Positions 63,765 through 64,000 of a stretch of 64,000 bases of DNA are shown here, one piece after another; position 1 is the first letter of the stretch; every line of letters begins with the position of its first letter. The notes below the pieces were generated by a model. The model searched no databases. It worked only from the letters and a program-made list of their open reading frames with translations, and was not told where the DNA came from. This stretch comes from Heptranchias perlo (taxonomy: Eukaryota), in assembly GCF_035084215.1 (NCBI RefSeq), contig NC_090328.1:92380001-92444000 (forward strand), given 5' to 3'. Made by a program: the position numbers and the translations under genes.

Positions 63765-64000
63765 GCTGGTAAAACTACTAATTGATTAAGAAATTGATAA
63801 AGAGGGAGAAAATTGAATATGAGAGTAAACTGGCAAGAAATATAAAAACAGATTGTAAGAGCGTCTATAAATATGTAAAAAGGAAGAGATTAGCAAAAGT
63901 AAACCTGGGTCCCTTAGAGGCAGAGACAGGAGAAATTATAATGGGGAATAAAGAAATGGCAGAGATGTTAAACAAATATTTTCATAGTGGAAGACATAAA
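63765..64000 (+). mobile_element. CR1 ORF2 fragment running off the window edge
   Basis: Translates KIEYESKLARNIKTDCKSVYKYVKRKRLAKVNLGPLEAETGEIIMGNKEMAEMLNKYF, the CR1 tether region. Confidence 0.9.

Noticed and set aside
1-64000. CRISPR array, retron/DGR or other prokaryotic RT system
   Set aside because: There is no regularly spaced repeat-spacer array, and all RT motifs belong to eukaryotic non-LTR retrotransposons.

Overview
This is vertebrate nuclear DNA, very probably from a cartilaginous fish (shark or ray). The inference rests on recalled repeat families: HER1-type CR1 LINE tails, SacSINE1-like Deu-domain SINEs, and L2, Tx1 and Penelope fragments of the kind found in sharks. I found no convincing host exon, tRNA, rRNA or CRISPR array. 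The window reads as intergenic or deep-intronic DNA, roughly half of it transposon-derived, and nearly every ORF in the track is a LINE or Harbinger remnant or an antisense shadow of one. Main contents: (1) many CR1 LINE copies of different ages, the least-decayed being 2.35 kb with only two in-frame stops; (2) a near-complete L2 ORF; (3) four decayed PIF/Harbinger transposons from two families, with a transposase gene convergent on a spliced Myb/SANT gene; (4) numerous G-rich-TIR MITEs and non-autonomous elements with 3-bp ATA/ATT target duplications; (5) an internally deleted hAT-Charlie element that the ORF track does not reveal; (6) a Penelope-like terminal fragment carrying a decayed minimal hammerhead-ribozyme core; (7) two near-perfect inverted duplications; (8) two repeat-free, CpG-retaining stretches that are candidate conserved enhancers. 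I cannot support a claim of a wholly new biological system. The best leads are listed with tests. Family names are from recall and boundaries of old repeats are approximate.
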